Part shown: positions 1 through 11,111 of the stretch, piece after piece
How the letters are laid out: every line of letters begins with the position of its first letter
Position numbering within the stretch: the first letter of the stretch is position 1
Source: Fibrobacterales bacterium
GTDB lineage: Bacteria > Fibrobacterota > Fibrobacteria > Fibrobacterales > JAOPTW01
Assembly: GCA_051532035.1 (NCBI GenBank)
Contig: JAOPTW010000013.1
Span: 32,001 to 96,000, forward strand
Direction: 5' to 3'
Length of the DNA stretch: 64,000 nucleotides
Position numbers and translations under genes: made by a program
Notes under the pieces: generated by a model
The model's input: only the letters and a program-made list of their open reading frames with translations
What the model was told of the DNA's origin: nothing
Database searches by the model: none

Positions 1-3000
1 CAATCGGGATATCTCCCCGTATAGCTAGTAACTCGCGGGCAAGTTCTAGACCTGACATATTCGGCATTGTATGGTCAGTAATTATCAGATCAATACTCCT
101 AGGGTCTGATTTAAAAAATGCTAATGCTTTTCTGCTACTGGTAAAGGGGTGTACTGTATACCCCAGACCTTTTAGAGTTATAGTAGACATATCTACCAGC
201 ATTTCCTCATCATCAACAAAAATAATAGTTTCATCACCTCTTGGTATAGATATTTCTTCTTCACTTTCTATGGTTACAGTCTCTTCAGTTTTGGGAATAT
301 ATACCTTAAATACGGTTCCCTCATTAATTTTAGTTTCAACCTGAATATTACCTTCATGACTCTGCATTATACCAAATACTACAGAGAGCCCCATGCCAGT
401 ACCTTTACCTATTTCTTTAGTGGTAAAGTACGGTTCAAAAATATGGTTCACCACCTCTTCACTCATTCCACATCCGGAATCTCTTATGTTAATTAAAGAG
501 TAACTACCCGATTTGATAGGTCCTAGTCTCCCCTCAATATCATTTAACAATTGAACCTCTCGATATTCTATGGAAATAATTCCCTTTTTATCCATTGCAT
601 AAGCCGCATTGGTACAGAGGTTCATAATAGTTTCATGAATTTTTGTAGGATCTGCAAATACCGGTATTGTGTCATCTTTTAAGTCGACCTTAATCTCTAT
701 TGAAGAAGGTAGCGTAGCTCTTAATAGTTCAATTGCTTCATTAATTACCGGCTTAAGCGGAATTACAACTTTCGATTCCGGGTTTTGTCGACTAAATAAT
801 AGAATCTGTGATACCAGATCTTTGGCACGTTCACCAGCGCCCATAACTTTATTCAAATAGTTAACGACTTCTTTATTCGATTGCGTTTTGCTAATTGCCA
901 AATCGGTATACCCAAGTATGCCCCCAAGAATATTATTAAAATCGTGCGCAATACCTCCTGCCAACTGACCTACAGCCTCCATTTTTTGAGACTGCTGGAG
1001 CCTTTGAGAGAGTTCATGCGACTGTTTTTCCTTATCCATGCGTTCCATCTCCACTGCAACCCGAGCGGTCAATACGCTGAGGATCGACTCAGCTTTTGTT
1101 CCAACATCCAACGGATTTTTTGAAATAGCGCACAGAACTCCAATAACGTCCCCTGAAGCATTTACAACTGGCGCTCCTATATATCCGCGTGCTTTCATGT
1201 TTATAAGATCGTTATCTTCGGGAAATAATTTACATACATTGTCTTCAAAAAGGCTAAATCCCTTTTGTACTACTTCATTACAGGGAGTACATACTAGGTC
1301 ATATGCATGATCATCTACAAACACACCATCTGACTTCATGGCAATTGCCTTTGCCTTATTTTCTCCGTTAATTCTGCTTATGATCGCACATTCACACTCG
1401 AATATTGAACAGAGTTTATCAACAAGATTATTGAAAAATTGCTGCCCTATGTGCCCCGTAGTACTCTCAACCAATGTTTCAAAAAGTTGGTTAGCCTTTA
1501 CCAGTTCTTCCTTCTGCATCTTCTTCTCGGTGGTATTTTCAAATGACACAACCAAACGATTACCAGGCAATGTAAATGCTTTTACAGAAAATGCAGTATC
1601 TAATTTTTCATCTTTATAGTAAGTATCCTCAATTGTATCTGTTACACCTGTTCTTGCTACATTCAAATAAAAATCAGCATGTCCCAAAGTTCTCGCATTT
1701 GGCCATACCTCATTTAACTCTTTTCCTATATTTTTTTTCAAATCTAATCCTGTCTGTCTTAATGCATCAGGATTACCATTAATCAGGTATAATCGGTCCG
1801 GCTCTACAAATTGATAGATAAATATTCCTGCAGGTATTCTGTCGACAATATTCACAAACGTTTGCTGTGACTCAAGAAGATCCTTGTCTTTTTTACGCTG
1901 TAAAACCAGGCTTAATAATATAATAATCGCAAGAATTACCCCTGCAGCAAATATTACCTTGATTAAAAGAGCTGGATCGGTTTTTACATCATATCGAATG
2001 GACATCCAGCGATTGTAATAGGAGTCTCGTTCTGGGGGCTCTATTGTATTCAGTGCTTTCTGAAGAATCTGTGCAAAAACTCCCCAATCATTTCGCACAG
2101 CCATTCGTTGTTCATTTTTGTAGGGGGTTTCTCCCGCAACTCGAATATGAGTCAAGCCAAACTTTCCAATATAATAACTAGCGGTAACAATATTTTCTAC
2201 GAAAGCATCAGCTTTGCCAGCAGTAATATACTGTAGGGCTTCAGAAATTGTTTTAACTTCAACCAATTTAATTTCAGGATAATCTTTTTTAATCCACTCC
2301 GCAATAGCATACCCCTTGACTACCGCTACTTTTTTACCATTCAAATTTTCAAGTGCTCCAATGTATGAAACTCTGTCACTTGCAAAAATATTAATCGGCA
2401 TACTTACATAAGTATCGGTGAACAACGCAAATGCTTCTCGGGATTGAGTTTTTGCCATAGACGAAACCATATCCAGCTTTTTATTCCTGAATTGAGTCAT
2501 ACCAACATCCCACGATGATATATCAGCAATATTAAAAGTTACCCCTAAAACCGTTTCAAGTTGTTTGAGATACTCCATTGATATACCAGCGAATTCTCCA
2601 TTTTCATTTTTGAATTCAACTGGTGCCCATTCAGGGTCCATCACGACATTTATTACCGGGTGATCCCGCAACCACTTCTCTTCTACATCAGTAAGGGGCA
2701 GCGATTTTTGGGTATCAGGATTGATATTGAGCCACCGGGAAACAATTTTATGTATACGTGGCTTCCCCATAGCTTTAAATCCTTTATTAAGTATTTCAAC
2801 CAGCTCTGCATTATCAGAATTTACGCCGACATAGAGCGGGTTCTCATTTTGAATGTCTACATATACAATATCAAGTCCGTATAGCAACTTTTCACGAATA
2901 ATGAAAACATCAAATGAATTCCCCATAAATACATCAGCTTTACCTTCAAGTACCAGTCGAGCCGCCTCGAAAACATTGGGGGCAGTAATTATCTCAATAT

Positions 3001-5092
3001 CTTTTTCATAGGGCTTCAGGAGTGCTTCCATCATTACGATACCTTCCATGTACGCAACTCGTTTATTTTTGAGGTCATCCATACTATTAATTTTGAAAGG
3101 AGCATCATGCCGAGCAAAAAAGATAGGTACAGTATTTAAAACACTTTGAGAAGTTAATAATCCATTTTTATCTGCAGCAAATTGGGTGCAGGCTGCAACT
3201 CCATGGATGCTTCCTTTACTCGCTTTATCCAGTGTTTCAGACCAATCTCCAACTTTAATTTCTATTTTAACTCCAAGCATTTTTTCCATTTCACTATAGA
3301 TATCAGCCATTATTCCGGTTACTTTATTTTTATCATCCTGAATAACCAAAGGCTGAACCCATGGATTAAACCCAAGTTCAATTACCGGGTTTTCTTTCAG
3401 CCACTGTCGTTCTTTAGAACTAAGCACTATAGGTGAAATATCTAAATGATTCGGAGTTGGCAACTCATGCGCTTTATGTAAAAACCCATAATTACCCATC
3501 TCCCCAAGCCAGGATTTCTCCAATGTTAGTTTCTCTTCATAACTGATCGACTCTAGAGCTTTATTTAATATTCCCACCAGCTCCGGCCAATCCTTTCGAA
3601 CTGGTATTGCTATACTCACCTGTGTTTCAGGTAATAGTGCGGCAATTTTAAATCCGGCATTTACATTCTTATGCCTCCAATACTCATGACCAATAGATCC
3701 CAGTATAACATCCGCACTCCCTTCTAATAGAGCCTGCGCGGTCTCTTCTGTATTATTTGCAGCAACAGACTCAATATTCGGATTGTTCTCAAGTATTCTC
3801 TCAACTGCTGCTACATTTTTAATATAGATTACCTTTTTGCCCTGTAGATCTTTTAAAGTTTTGTATCTATCAGCCTCATTTGTTCTTGCATAGATATAGA
3901 CATAACTGGTGAGAAATGGCTTGGTAAAGATAAAATCCGATTTCCACTTGTTTAGAACAGCCATTACTGGTAATCCATCGATACTCCTCTGCTTTGCCAT
4001 ATTTGTTATCTCAGGCCAATCTCCGCCTTTCAACTGTATATCTATTCCTGTTCTATCAGCCAGAATTCTGATTAATTCTGCAGAATACCCTTTTGGCTTT
4101 CCATCTAATCCAGTATAAATATACGGTTGAAATTCATGAGGATACCCAAAAGTTATGGTCTGATGCTTTGAGACCCATTCAGCTTCCTGATCAGTGAGAT
4201 TAAGGCCGGAGTTTAATGGTTTTGGTTTACTAGCCGTCAATAACCATTTATCCAATATAGAATCACGTTCTTCATGAGTTATAAGGCTTAACCCTTTATT
4301 GATAATAGTTTTCAGCTCAGGCATTGTTTTAAGAATTGTATAGCCTACCGGCTGTTTTTCCGGAAGAATAACATCTAACTGTACTAGCCCCATTACCCCT
4401 TGTGACACTGCATATTGAGTTTCAATGGATCCAATTATCACGTCTACCTTGTTATTTAGTAGTTCATCCAATAATTCTCGCGGAGTTTGTGATGTCTTTA
4501 TAGTCATACCAGGATATTTACTGAGGAGCTGTCTAACATATAAATGCCCCACCAAGTGCCCCACCCTTTTCCCTTTTAAATCATCCAGTGACTTCAACTT
4601 TATAGCACTACCAAAGCGGGTAAATACATAGACTTCAATACTCAAAATGGGGTCACTAAATATAAAATAAGGCTTACGTTCCTCAACATCTGCTACACTT
4701 GGAAAAAAACCGGAATAAGATTTTTCTGTAAACTGTTTTACCGTTGCTGGCTTCAGTGGTTTAAAATCCAGTTTAAATTGTGTCCCCAATCGTTCATTAA
4801 GCAGATCAGTGTACTCTGTTGCAAACCCTTCAACTGTTCCGTCGGGTTTCCTAATACCAGTTGGGGGTGTTGCAAATGATAAAAAGGTAATATCAGTGTG
4901 TTCTTTTAACCACTCCCGCTCCTGAAGGGTCAAAATATCTGGTTGAGTGGTCTTTGGAGAAATATTAGATTTCTGGATAAATTCTATATCAGAATCTATT
5001 TGGGTTGCTGATACAATTTGCAGGCTCAGAATCAGAAATATCCATAACGATACTACTACACCTTTTCCGCCTTCATTCACAATTTTTCGCAT
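1..5092 (-). CDS. Giant hybrid sensor histidine kinase (4 periplasmic family-3 solute-binding domains, TM, PAS/GAF-like, HisKA, HATPase, REC); 3' end runs off the window
   Basis: Absent from the ORF track. Manual translation from ATG 5092 gives MRKIVNEGGKGVVVSLWIFLILSLQIVSA. 'L(T/S)xxExxW(L/V)xx(H/N)' domain starts near 4930, 4200, 3420 and 2690; receiver DLIITDHTMPNMSGLELA at the window edge. Same frame at the points spot-checked. Confidence 0.9.
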   Translation of the reverse strand, partial: MRKIVNEGGKGVVVSLWIFLILSLQIVSATQIDSDIEFIQKSNISPKTTQPDILTLQEREWLKEHTDITFLSFATPPTGIRKPDGTVEGFATEYTDLLNERLGTQFKLDFKPLKPATVKQFTEKSYSGFFPSVADVEERKPYFIFSDPILSIEVYVFTRFGSAIKLKSLDDLKGKRVGHLVGHLYVRQLLSKYPGMTIKTSQTPRELLDELLNNKVDVIIGSIETQYAVSQGVMGLVQLDVILPEKQPVGYTILKTMPELKTIINKGLSLITHEERDSILDKWLLTASKPKPLNSGLNLTDQEAEWVSKHQTITFGYPHEFQPYIYTGLDGKPKGYSAELIRILADRTGIDIQLKGGDWPEITNMAKQRSIDGLPVMAVLNKWKSDFIFTKPFLTSYVYIYARTNEADRYKTLKDLQGKKVIYIKNVAAVERILENNPNIESVAANNTEETAQALLEGSADVILGSIGHEYWRHKNVNAGFKIAALLPETQVSIAIPVRKDWPELVGILNKALESISYEEKLTLEKSWLGEMGNYGFLHKAHELPTPNHLDISPIVLSSKERQWLKENPVIELGFNPWVQPLVIQDDKNKVTGIMADIYSEMEKMLGVKIEIKVGDWSETLDKASKGSIHGVAACTQFAADKNGLLTSQSVLNTVPIFFARHDAPFKINSMDDLKNKRVAYMEGIVMMEALLKPYEKDIEIITAPNVFEAARLVLEGKADVFMGNSFDVFIIREKLLYGLDIVYVDIQNENPLYVGVNSDNAELVEILNKGFKAMGKPRIHKIVSRWLNINPDTQKSLPLTDVEEKWLRDHPVINVVMDPEWAPVEFKNENGEFAGISMEYLKQLETVLGVTFNIADISSWDVGMTQFRNKKLDMVSSMAKTQSREAFALFTDTYVSMPINIFASDRVSYIGALENLNGKKVAVVKGYAIAEWIKKDYPEIKLVEVKTISEALQYITAGKADAFVENIVTASYYIGKFGLTHIRVAGETPYKNEQRMAVRNDWGVFAQILQKALNTIEPPERDSYYNRWMSIRYDVKTDPALLIKVIFAAGVILAIIILLSLVLQRKKDKDLLESQQTFVNIVDRIPAGIFIYQFVEPDRLYLINGNPDALRQTGLDLKKNIGKELNEVWPNARTLGHADFYLNVARTGVTDTIEDTYYKDEKLDTAFSVKAFTLPGNRLVVSFENTTEKKMQKEELVKANQLFETLVESTTGHIGQQFFNNLVDKLCSIFECECAIISRINGENKAKAIAMKSDGVFVDDHAYDLVCTPCNEVVQKGFSLFEDNVCKLFPEDNDLINMKARGYIGAPVVNASGDVIGVLCAISKNPLDVGTKAESILSVLTARVAVEMERMDKEKQSHELSQRLQQSQKMEAVGQLAGGIAHDFNNILGGILGYTDLAISKTQSNKEVVNYLNKVMGAGERAKDLVSQILLFSRQNPESKVVIPLKPVINEAIELLRATLPSSIEIKVDLKDDTIPVFADPTKIHETIMNLCTNAAYAMDKKGIISIEYREVQLLNDIEGRLGPIKSGSYSLINIRDSGCGMSEEVVNHIFEPYFTTKEIGKGTGMGLSVVFGIMQSHEGNIQVETKINEGTVFKVYIPKTEETVTIESEEEISIPRGDETIIFVDDEEMLVDMSTITLKGLGYTVHPFTSSRKALAFFKSDPRSIDLIITDHTMPNMSGLELARELLAIRGDIPI

Positions 5093-5255
5093 CCACACAT
5101 CCCGGAATCTATACTATTATTTACGAGTTCTTTTTGTTCCATAAGCTTGTATCAACAATTGAAACAAACTTAAAAAACACAAATATTATACCACTAATTT
5201 GGTAAATAGTCAATTCTACTACCCGTCAAAAAGCCACAAATGTATACCGTGCCAG

Positions 5256-8200
5256 TTAGGTAACATCTAGGATTTCCCGGATTTTCAATCCCATATCAAT
5301 GTTATTTATCGGTTTTTGCATCATGCATTTAACTCCAAGGTTAAAACAGTCCTCTTCGGTAATATGAGCGCTGTACCCGCTGCATATTATCACCGGTAAA
5401 CCGGGGCGGACATTGAATATACCCTGGGCAAGTTCGTATCCAGTTAAATGCGGCATGGTCTGATCAGTAATTACCAGGTCGTACTCATAAGGATTTTGTT
5501 TAAATAGATTAAGGGCATTTTTACCATTGGATGCTGTAGTAACTCTGTACCCATACTTTGTGAGATATTCATGCCCTATATCAGTCAACATATCTTCATC
5601 ATCAACAAACAAAATTCGTTCTGAGCCTTTCGGGGCATCCATAGCTACCTTCTGAGTCTTATAGTCTTTACTAATAGTATTTGGAAAATAGAGTCTAAAA
5701 GTCGTACCAGAGTTTGGTGTACTGTCTATCTGTATATTACCCTCATGAAGTTGCATCAATTCAAACACAACGGCCAATCCAAATCCGGTTCCCTCACCTT
5801 TGTTTTTAGTGGTATAGAATGGCTCAAATATTTTATGGAGTGCCTTCTTGTCGATCCCTTTACCTGTGTCTGTTACTTCAATTACATTATATTTTTGTGG
5901 CTTAATAACCCCCAAATACCCTGTTGATGCCTCTATAACTTCTTTTTCAAAAAGGGCAATATTTAATGTTCCTTTTTCACCTATTGAATGTATTGCATTA
6001 GTTACCAGGTTCATTATTGCCTCATGGATTTTTGTGTCATTACCGTTTATTAACGACATGGAATTATTTTTTGAAACCTGAAATTGAATAGTTGATGGAA
6101 TCGTAGCCTTGAGCAGGTCAACGACCTCATCTATAATTTCACTCAGTTTCATTGGTCTCATACCTGTATCAGCACTATGACTGAAAGCCATAATTCTTGC
6201 TATTAAATCGGAAGCACGGTTACTTGCTGTCATAATTTTATCCAAATAAGTGTGTAGGTCATGATCTGAGTCAAGTTTCTTAATTGCAATCTGAGTTAAT
6301 CCCATTATACCAGCGAGCGAATTATTAAAGTCATGTGCAATACCACCCGTCATTTGCCCTATAAGACGCATTTTATTTGACTGGTTAAGCATCATTTTCA
6401 TATCCCGAATTTCCGTAATATCAATCACTACTCCATCAGTATACATCTTGTTAGCAACTATTTTTTCAGATACCGAAAGCCAAACTGACCGCCCGTCATT
6501 TCGCTTAAACTCTTCTACGTAGGCGACTCTCCCTTCTCTCATTAGTGTTTGCAATTGAGTATCTCTTAAAGATCCGGTGACTAATTGTTTTGAAAACTGC
6601 AGCATTAATATGCATTCATTTTTTGATGTAAACCCAAATATTTCAGCAAATTCAAGATTGCAGGTAACAGTTCTGCCCGTTGCCAATTCAGTTCTCATAA
6701 ACCCTACTGATGAATTTTCAAATAGCTGTCGAAGATGTACATCACTTGCCAAAATTTGCTTGGAGCGCTTTGATATCACTTTTCTAAGTTTAATATTTGA
6801 CCAGACAAATAGTAGAACAATCACACCTACTATAAAAAGAACTTTCCATAGTAAACTATGATCATAAATATACGAAATAGGTGACCATTGTTTTCGAATA
6901 GTGACTTTCTGATATTCAGGCATGGCATCCAAAGCTTTTTGAATAATACTGAGAAGTTTTAAATTCCTTTTTGGAACAGCCATTCTACCATCATATGTAT
7001 ATTCAGTCTCACCTGCAACTTTAATATTAGTTAATCCCTCTTTACCGATTACATAACCGGTTGAGTAAATGTTTCCCAGAAAGGCATCCACCTTATTATT
7101 AATCAGGAGCATCAATGCCTTCCGAGTGCTGCTGCATGAAACAATTTCAATATTAGGATAGTCACGTTTTAACCACTCTTCTACTGCATACCCTTTAATT
7201 GCTGCAACCTTTTTACCCTTTAAAAGACTCACATCAGATATATACGGAACATCACTCCGTGAATAAATCATAACCGGAAACGATAAATAGGGGTTACTAA
7301 ATGAGAAAAAAGGTTCCCGCTTTTTGGTAAAAGAAACATTAGTAAAAAGATCCAGTTCCCCAGTAAACGCTTTAATTATCAGAGAGTCAAATGAGGGCTC
7401 TTTTAATATTTTAAATGAGACTGGAAGCATTTTTTCAATTGCCTTTAGATAATCGATAGATATTCCATGATGCGTGCCTTTAGAATCCATCCACTCAATA
7501 GGTGCCCTATTAAGAGCACTCCCTACGGTGATGACCGGGTGCTCTGATAACCATTTTTTTTCATCATCGGCAAGCTTAATATTCTTTTGATTATATTCTC
7601 CAATCCATTTTGAGAAAATCCTGTCGACTTCTAATTTCCCTATATAATTGATACTTTTGTTAATAATTGATACCAGTTCCGGCCAATCACTTCTAATACA
7701 TGACATAACATCATATTCATTCTTAAAATCAAAATGAACAATTTCAACACCTGGTATTCCATATTTATTTATAATGTAATCATCTGTACTCACTCCAACT
7801 GCAGCATCCGCTTTACCTTCAGAGACCAGGGTTAATGCATCAAACGTAGTATTAACTTTTTCTATCTTTATACTGGCTTCATGGGGTTTCAATATTTCAT
7901 TAAGCATTTTATGTGAACGAGGAATTGTTACCCGTAGGTTTTTTAAGTCATTAAAATCACCAATTTTAAAAGGTGTATTTTTTTTGGCATAAATAACCGG
8001 ATAAATATTTCTTAAACTGATCGTCGGTTTTAGATCAGTAGCTCTGGTCATAGCATCACTACAGCCTATCAGGCCGTCTGTTTCACCGTTAGTGGCCTGT
8101 CTGACAGCCTCAGGCCATTCATTAAACTTTACAGAAATAGAAACGTTCGCCAGTTTTTCAATTTGGCTAAAAATTTCAGGAACAATTCCTGTGGGCAGTT

Positions 8201-8426
8201 GATCACCATTTTGAATTGCCAAAGGCTCAAACCGAGGTGAAACTCCTAGAACTATTTCCTTGTGGTTTTTTATCCATTGTAATTCCAATTGAGTCAGGTT
8301 GAGAGAGTTGCCATTCTCATTATTCCAGTGTTCTGTTTCGGAATACCCCAGAGTGAAAGTTGCCACAAGAATGATTATAAGAGCGCTCCGGCTCAGACTC
8401 TTCTGAATTAATAGTTTTAATCTCAT
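5256..8426 (-). CDS. Hybrid sensor histidine kinase (2 periplasmic SBP domains, PAS, HisKA, HATPase, REC)
   Basis: LTQLELQWIKNH and LADDEKKWLSEH sensor starts, GGIAHDFNN H-box, DTGKG and GEGTGFGL boxes, receiver FVDDE...DQTMP. Confidence 0.95.
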   Translation of the reverse strand: MRLKLLIQKSLSRSALIIILVATFTLGYSETEHWNNENGNSLNLTQLELQWIKNHKEIVLGVSPRFEPLAIQNGDQLPTGIVPEIFSQIEKLANVSISVKFNEWPEAVRQATNGETDGLIGCSDAMTRATDLKPTISLRNIYPVIYAKKNTPFKIGDFNDLKNLRVTIPRSHKMLNEILKPHEASIKIEKVNTTFDALTLVSEGKADAAVGVSTDDYIINKYGIPGVEIVHFDFKNEYDVMSCIRSDWPELVSIINKSINYIGKLEVDRIFSKWIGEYNQKNIKLADDEKKWLSEHPVITVGSALNRAPIEWMDSKGTHHGISIDYLKAIEKMLPVSFKILKEPSFDSLIIKAFTGELDLFTNVSFTKKREPFFSFSNPYLSFPVMIYSRSDVPYISDVSLLKGKKVAAIKGYAVEEWLKRDYPNIEIVSCSSTRKALMLLINNKVDAFLGNIYSTGYVIGKEGLTNIKVAGETEYTYDGRMAVPKRNLKLLSIIQKALDAMPEYQKVTIRKQWSPISYIYDHSLLWKVLFIVGVIVLLFVWSNIKLRKVISKRSKQILASDVHLRQLFENSSVGFMRTELATGRTVTCNLEFAEIFGFTSKNECILMLQFSKQLVTGSLRDTQLQTLMREGRVAYVEEFKRNDGRSVWLSVSEKIVANKMYTDGVVIDITEIRDMKMMLNQSNKMRLIGQMTGGIAHDFNNSLAGIMGLTQIAIKKLDSDHDLHTYLDKIMTASNRASDLIARIMAFSHSADTGMRPMKLSEIIDEVVDLLKATIPSTIQFQVSKNNSMSLINGNDTKIHEAIMNLVTNAIHSIGEKGTLNIALFEKEVIEASTGYLGVIKPQKYNVIEVTDTGKGIDKKALHKIFEPFYTTKNKGEGTGFGLAVVFELMQLHEGNIQIDSTPNSGTTFRLYFPNTISKDYKTQKVAMDAPKGSERILFVDDEDMLTDIGHEYLTKYGYRVTTASNGKNALNLFKQNPYEYDLVITDQTMPHLTGYELAQGIFNVRPGLPVIICSGYSAHITEEDCFNLGVKCMMQKPINNIDMGLKIREILDVT

Positions 8427-8502
8427 TTTGTATCCTCCTCAACATACTTGTTATGTCATAGGGCTGAAATCTAAATTTTAATAATTCTCATTTTTTTATA
8501 CC

Positions 8503-9027
8503 TTATGTTTTTGATTGCATTGTCGCCAAATCACCAATCTCTGATTTTGACAAAAGGGAATTTAATTCAACCAACATAATTACCCGTTCCCGAACTTTTG
8601 CAATTCCAATAATAAACTCATTTTCCACATCATTACCAAAACTAGGGGTTTCCTGAATCATATCTGCACTTATAAAAAGCACTTCCGACACTGCATCAAT
8701 AACCACCCCCATGGTGAGCATCTTAAAATCTACCATTACCTGTATCACTATAATACAGGAAGTATTGCTGTCTTCACAGGGGCTCATTCCAAACTTATTA
8801 CGAAGGTCAAGAACAGGGATAATTGCTCCTCTCAAATTTATCACCCCACGCACATACTCCGGAGTCTTAGGTACCGGGGTTATCTGCTGCATTTGTATAA
8901 TACGCTGAACCGTTAAAATTTGTATCCCATACTCTTCGTCAGAGAGTTTGAATGTAAGATATTTATCTTCTAGATAAGTACCGACATCATCTGTATCGTT
9001 TGGCACAGTATCATCAATTGTAGCCAT
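8503..9027 (-). CDS. cheW: Chemotaxis coupling protein CheW
   Basis: YLTFKLSDEEYGI...VPKTPEYVRGVINLRG motif; AAGGAG RBS favours ATG 9027 over 9033. Confidence 0.95.
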   Translation of the reverse strand: MATIDDTVPNDTDDVGTYLEDKYLTFKLSDEEYGIQILTVQRIIQMQQITPVPKTPEYVRGVINLRGAIIPVLDLRNKFGMSPCEDSNTSCIIVIQVMVDFKMLTMGVVIDAVSEVLFISADMIQETPSFGNDVENEFIIGIAKVRERVIMLVELNSLLSKSEIGDLATMQSKT

Positions 9028-9112
9028 AAGCATCTCCTTAAAACTGGGTCAAATCTCTTTATTTATCGCCATTTTTATGTATATATAAATTATTAATCTA
9101 TAGGTATAACGT

Positions 9113-9128
9113 AGCGAATAGCATGCCG
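9113..9128 (-). promoter_or_regulatory. sigma54 (-24/-12) promoter upstream of cheW
   Basis: Minus strand CGGCATGCTATTCGCT: GG-N10-GC spacing. Confidence 0.7.
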
Positions 9129-9188
9129 TTTCTAAATGAGTATTTTTATGATTATTTCAGATTACTCAAGATTAGTAAGATACAGTTT

Positions 9189-9273
9189 TTCTAATTTATG
9201 GAATCACCAAATTTTAACTAAAATAAATGGTCATTACTTATTTCTAATTTTTAAAATATTCTAATATTTAGAA
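9189..9273. promoter_or_regulatory. Three TTCTA-N5-TAGAA-like palindromes (putative activator binding sites)
   Basis: TTCTAATTTATGGAA 9189-9203, TTCTAATTTTTAAAA 9242-9256, TTCTAATATTTAGAA 9259-9273. Confidence 0.7.
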
Positions 9274-9326
9274 GCTGGAACTTATACATTATTTGATGCT
9301 ATACCCTATTGTATTTAATACCGAGA

Positions 9327-11084
9327 TTACTTCGCATTAGGCTCGATGATTTCTGCAATTTCAACATCATCACACATAATTTCTTTGATAGCAATATTAA
9401 TCAACTGGGCATCAATTTTGCAAGACAAACTTTTAATGAGAGGATTCTTTGGATGATCCAATCCACCCTGCTGATCATAATAAAATATTAATCCAGGCTT
9501 ACTTTTTGTAGAGAGGGCAGTATAAATATTTTCATAGCCTTTAAACTTTTCACCTTCTTTCAAGTTATACACAACCATTGATATTTCGTCCCAATCAGCT
9601 TCCAGGTCCTCAATGTTATCATGTTTTTTTTGCGCAAACCCAGTATGTTCAAGATAAAAAAGGTGCGATTCAAATAAGGATCTCTTTTTTTCAACAACCG
9701 CCATTTTCAGAGTCTTCTCTTTAATTGACGGTTTAAACATCTGTACCGGCAACGTTTTTCGATCTAACCCTAAATAATCAACAAAGAGATTAACTTGAGT
9801 AAAAATTGAATCAAAATAGATGTCTTTAATCCCTATATTCAACTTTATATCTTTTAAAATAGCATCAGGTATAGGATGCAAGATTTCATCACAACTTCTG
9901 CCAATACGAGCCGACTTTGCAAGAATATCTGCAAAACCAACCGCTTTAATAAGCTTGTTCTGCTCCTCTGTTGCTCCGTTAACTTCACTCGGAAACTTCT
10001 GTAATCCCCTTAAAGCAACCAATAGATCTTTTGGCATATTCCATTTTTTAAAGAGATGGAGCATAAACTCATTTTGATTTATGTTTAATACGTTATGGCC
10101 TGCCTCATCAAATGTACACCTACGAGAATAAGTATTCTCCATTATTACTTCAAATACTACACCAAAAAATTCATCATAAAGTAACGCAGCATAATCATGT
10201 AACAATCCACATAAAAATGCCAGCGAAGGATTAGGGTAATTGATAGCCTTAGCAAGTTTTTCTGATATTAATGCAGTAGCTAAGCTGTGATACCAAAATT
10301 CATGCCTATTAAATCCAAAGTTTTTTTCCTGCTGGTCTAATAACTGCATTACCGCCAATCCGAGGGTAACCTTTTTAGTTTCATCAAACCCAATGCGCAC
10401 TATCGCATCTTTGACATCATTTATTTCTCTATTTAAACTGCTAAAAACTACCGAGTTAGAAAGTTTAATAATGCTGGTGGCAATAGAAGCATCGGAACGT
10501 ATCACCTGAGCAAGTTCGTTGGCACTTGACTTATCTGATGCCGTAAGTTGAACTATCTTTGCAATTGAATATGGAAAAGCCATAAGCTTACCTACATGTT
10601 TGACCATAATATCAATTTTTTGTGATCCAGGTACATCTGGCTTAAGTAACAGATCCAACTCTTTTGACTTCTCGTCTTCACTCTCTTCACTCTCATTTGA
10701 AATAAGTTTTTCTAAATCAGGCCCTACTGATTGTATTAATGAATTAAAAAAATATGATATTTTCAAGGGCCGAGTAAAATAGTATTTAACACCAATTGAC
10801 CTATATTGCTGCTCTTTTTCATTAAAACTATGATTTCCATAACAAATCAGTCCCGCTTTACTCAATTTTTTATTCCCTCGAATAAGTTTAATGAGGTGCA
10901 ATTGTTCATTCTCTTTCTCAGGAAACTCCATAAGAATAGCATCAGGTTTATATTTCATTAACTCTAAATAACTTCCGGAATTTGATTTAAATATTTTTAC
11001 TTCAATATTTCTTTGGGAAAATACAGTTTCAAAAACCTGCACCTCTTGTTCATTCACCCCTATAATACCCAGTTTTACAAGCAT
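9327..11084 (-). CDS. Pseudo-receiver + HDOD domain signalling protein
   Basis: N-terminal REC-like fold (KPDAILMEF); HDOD motifs LAQVIRSD..IIKLSNS, FWYHS, GLLHD. Confidence 0.85.
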   Translation of the reverse strand: MLVKLGIIGVNEQEVQVFETVFSQRNIEVKIFKSNSGSYLELMKYKPDAILMEFPEKENEQLHLIKLIRGNKKLSKAGLICYGNHSFNEKEQQYRSIGVKYYFTRPLKISYFFNSLIQSVGPDLEKLISNESEESEDEKSKELDLLLKPDVPGSQKIDIMVKHVGKLMAFPYSIAKIVQLTASDKSSANELAQVIRSDASIATSIIKLSNSVVFSSLNREINDVKDAIVRIGFDETKKVTLGLAVMQLLDQQEKNFGFNRHEFWYHSLATALISEKLAKAINYPNPSLAFLCGLLHDYAALLYDEFFGVVFEVIMENTYSRRCTFDEAGHNVLNINQNEFMLHLFKKWNMPKDLLVALRGLQKFPSEVNGATEEQNKLIKAVGFADILAKSARIGRSCDEILHPIPDAILKDIKLNIGIKDIYFDSIFTQVNLFVDYLGLDRKTLPVQMFKPSIKEKTLKMAVVEKKRSLFESHLFYLEHTGFAQKKHDNIEDLEADWDEISMVVYNLKEGEKFKGYENIYTALSTKSKPGLIFYYDQQGGLDHPKNPLIKSLSCKIDAQLINIAIKEIMCDDVEIAEIIEPNAK

Positions 11085-11111
11085 TTTTCACCTTTAATAT
11101 AATCACTTTTT

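Noticed and set aside
669..5205. Many short plus-strand ORFs in the track
   Set aside because: Antisense shadows of the long minus-strand kinase; the same applies to most short ORFs overlapping long genes elsewhere
5239..5254. Possible fourth sigma54 promoter (minus strand TGGCACGGTATACATT) before the giant kinase
   Set aside because: Good -24 box, but AT replaces the GC at -12 and I saw no enhancer palindromes upstream
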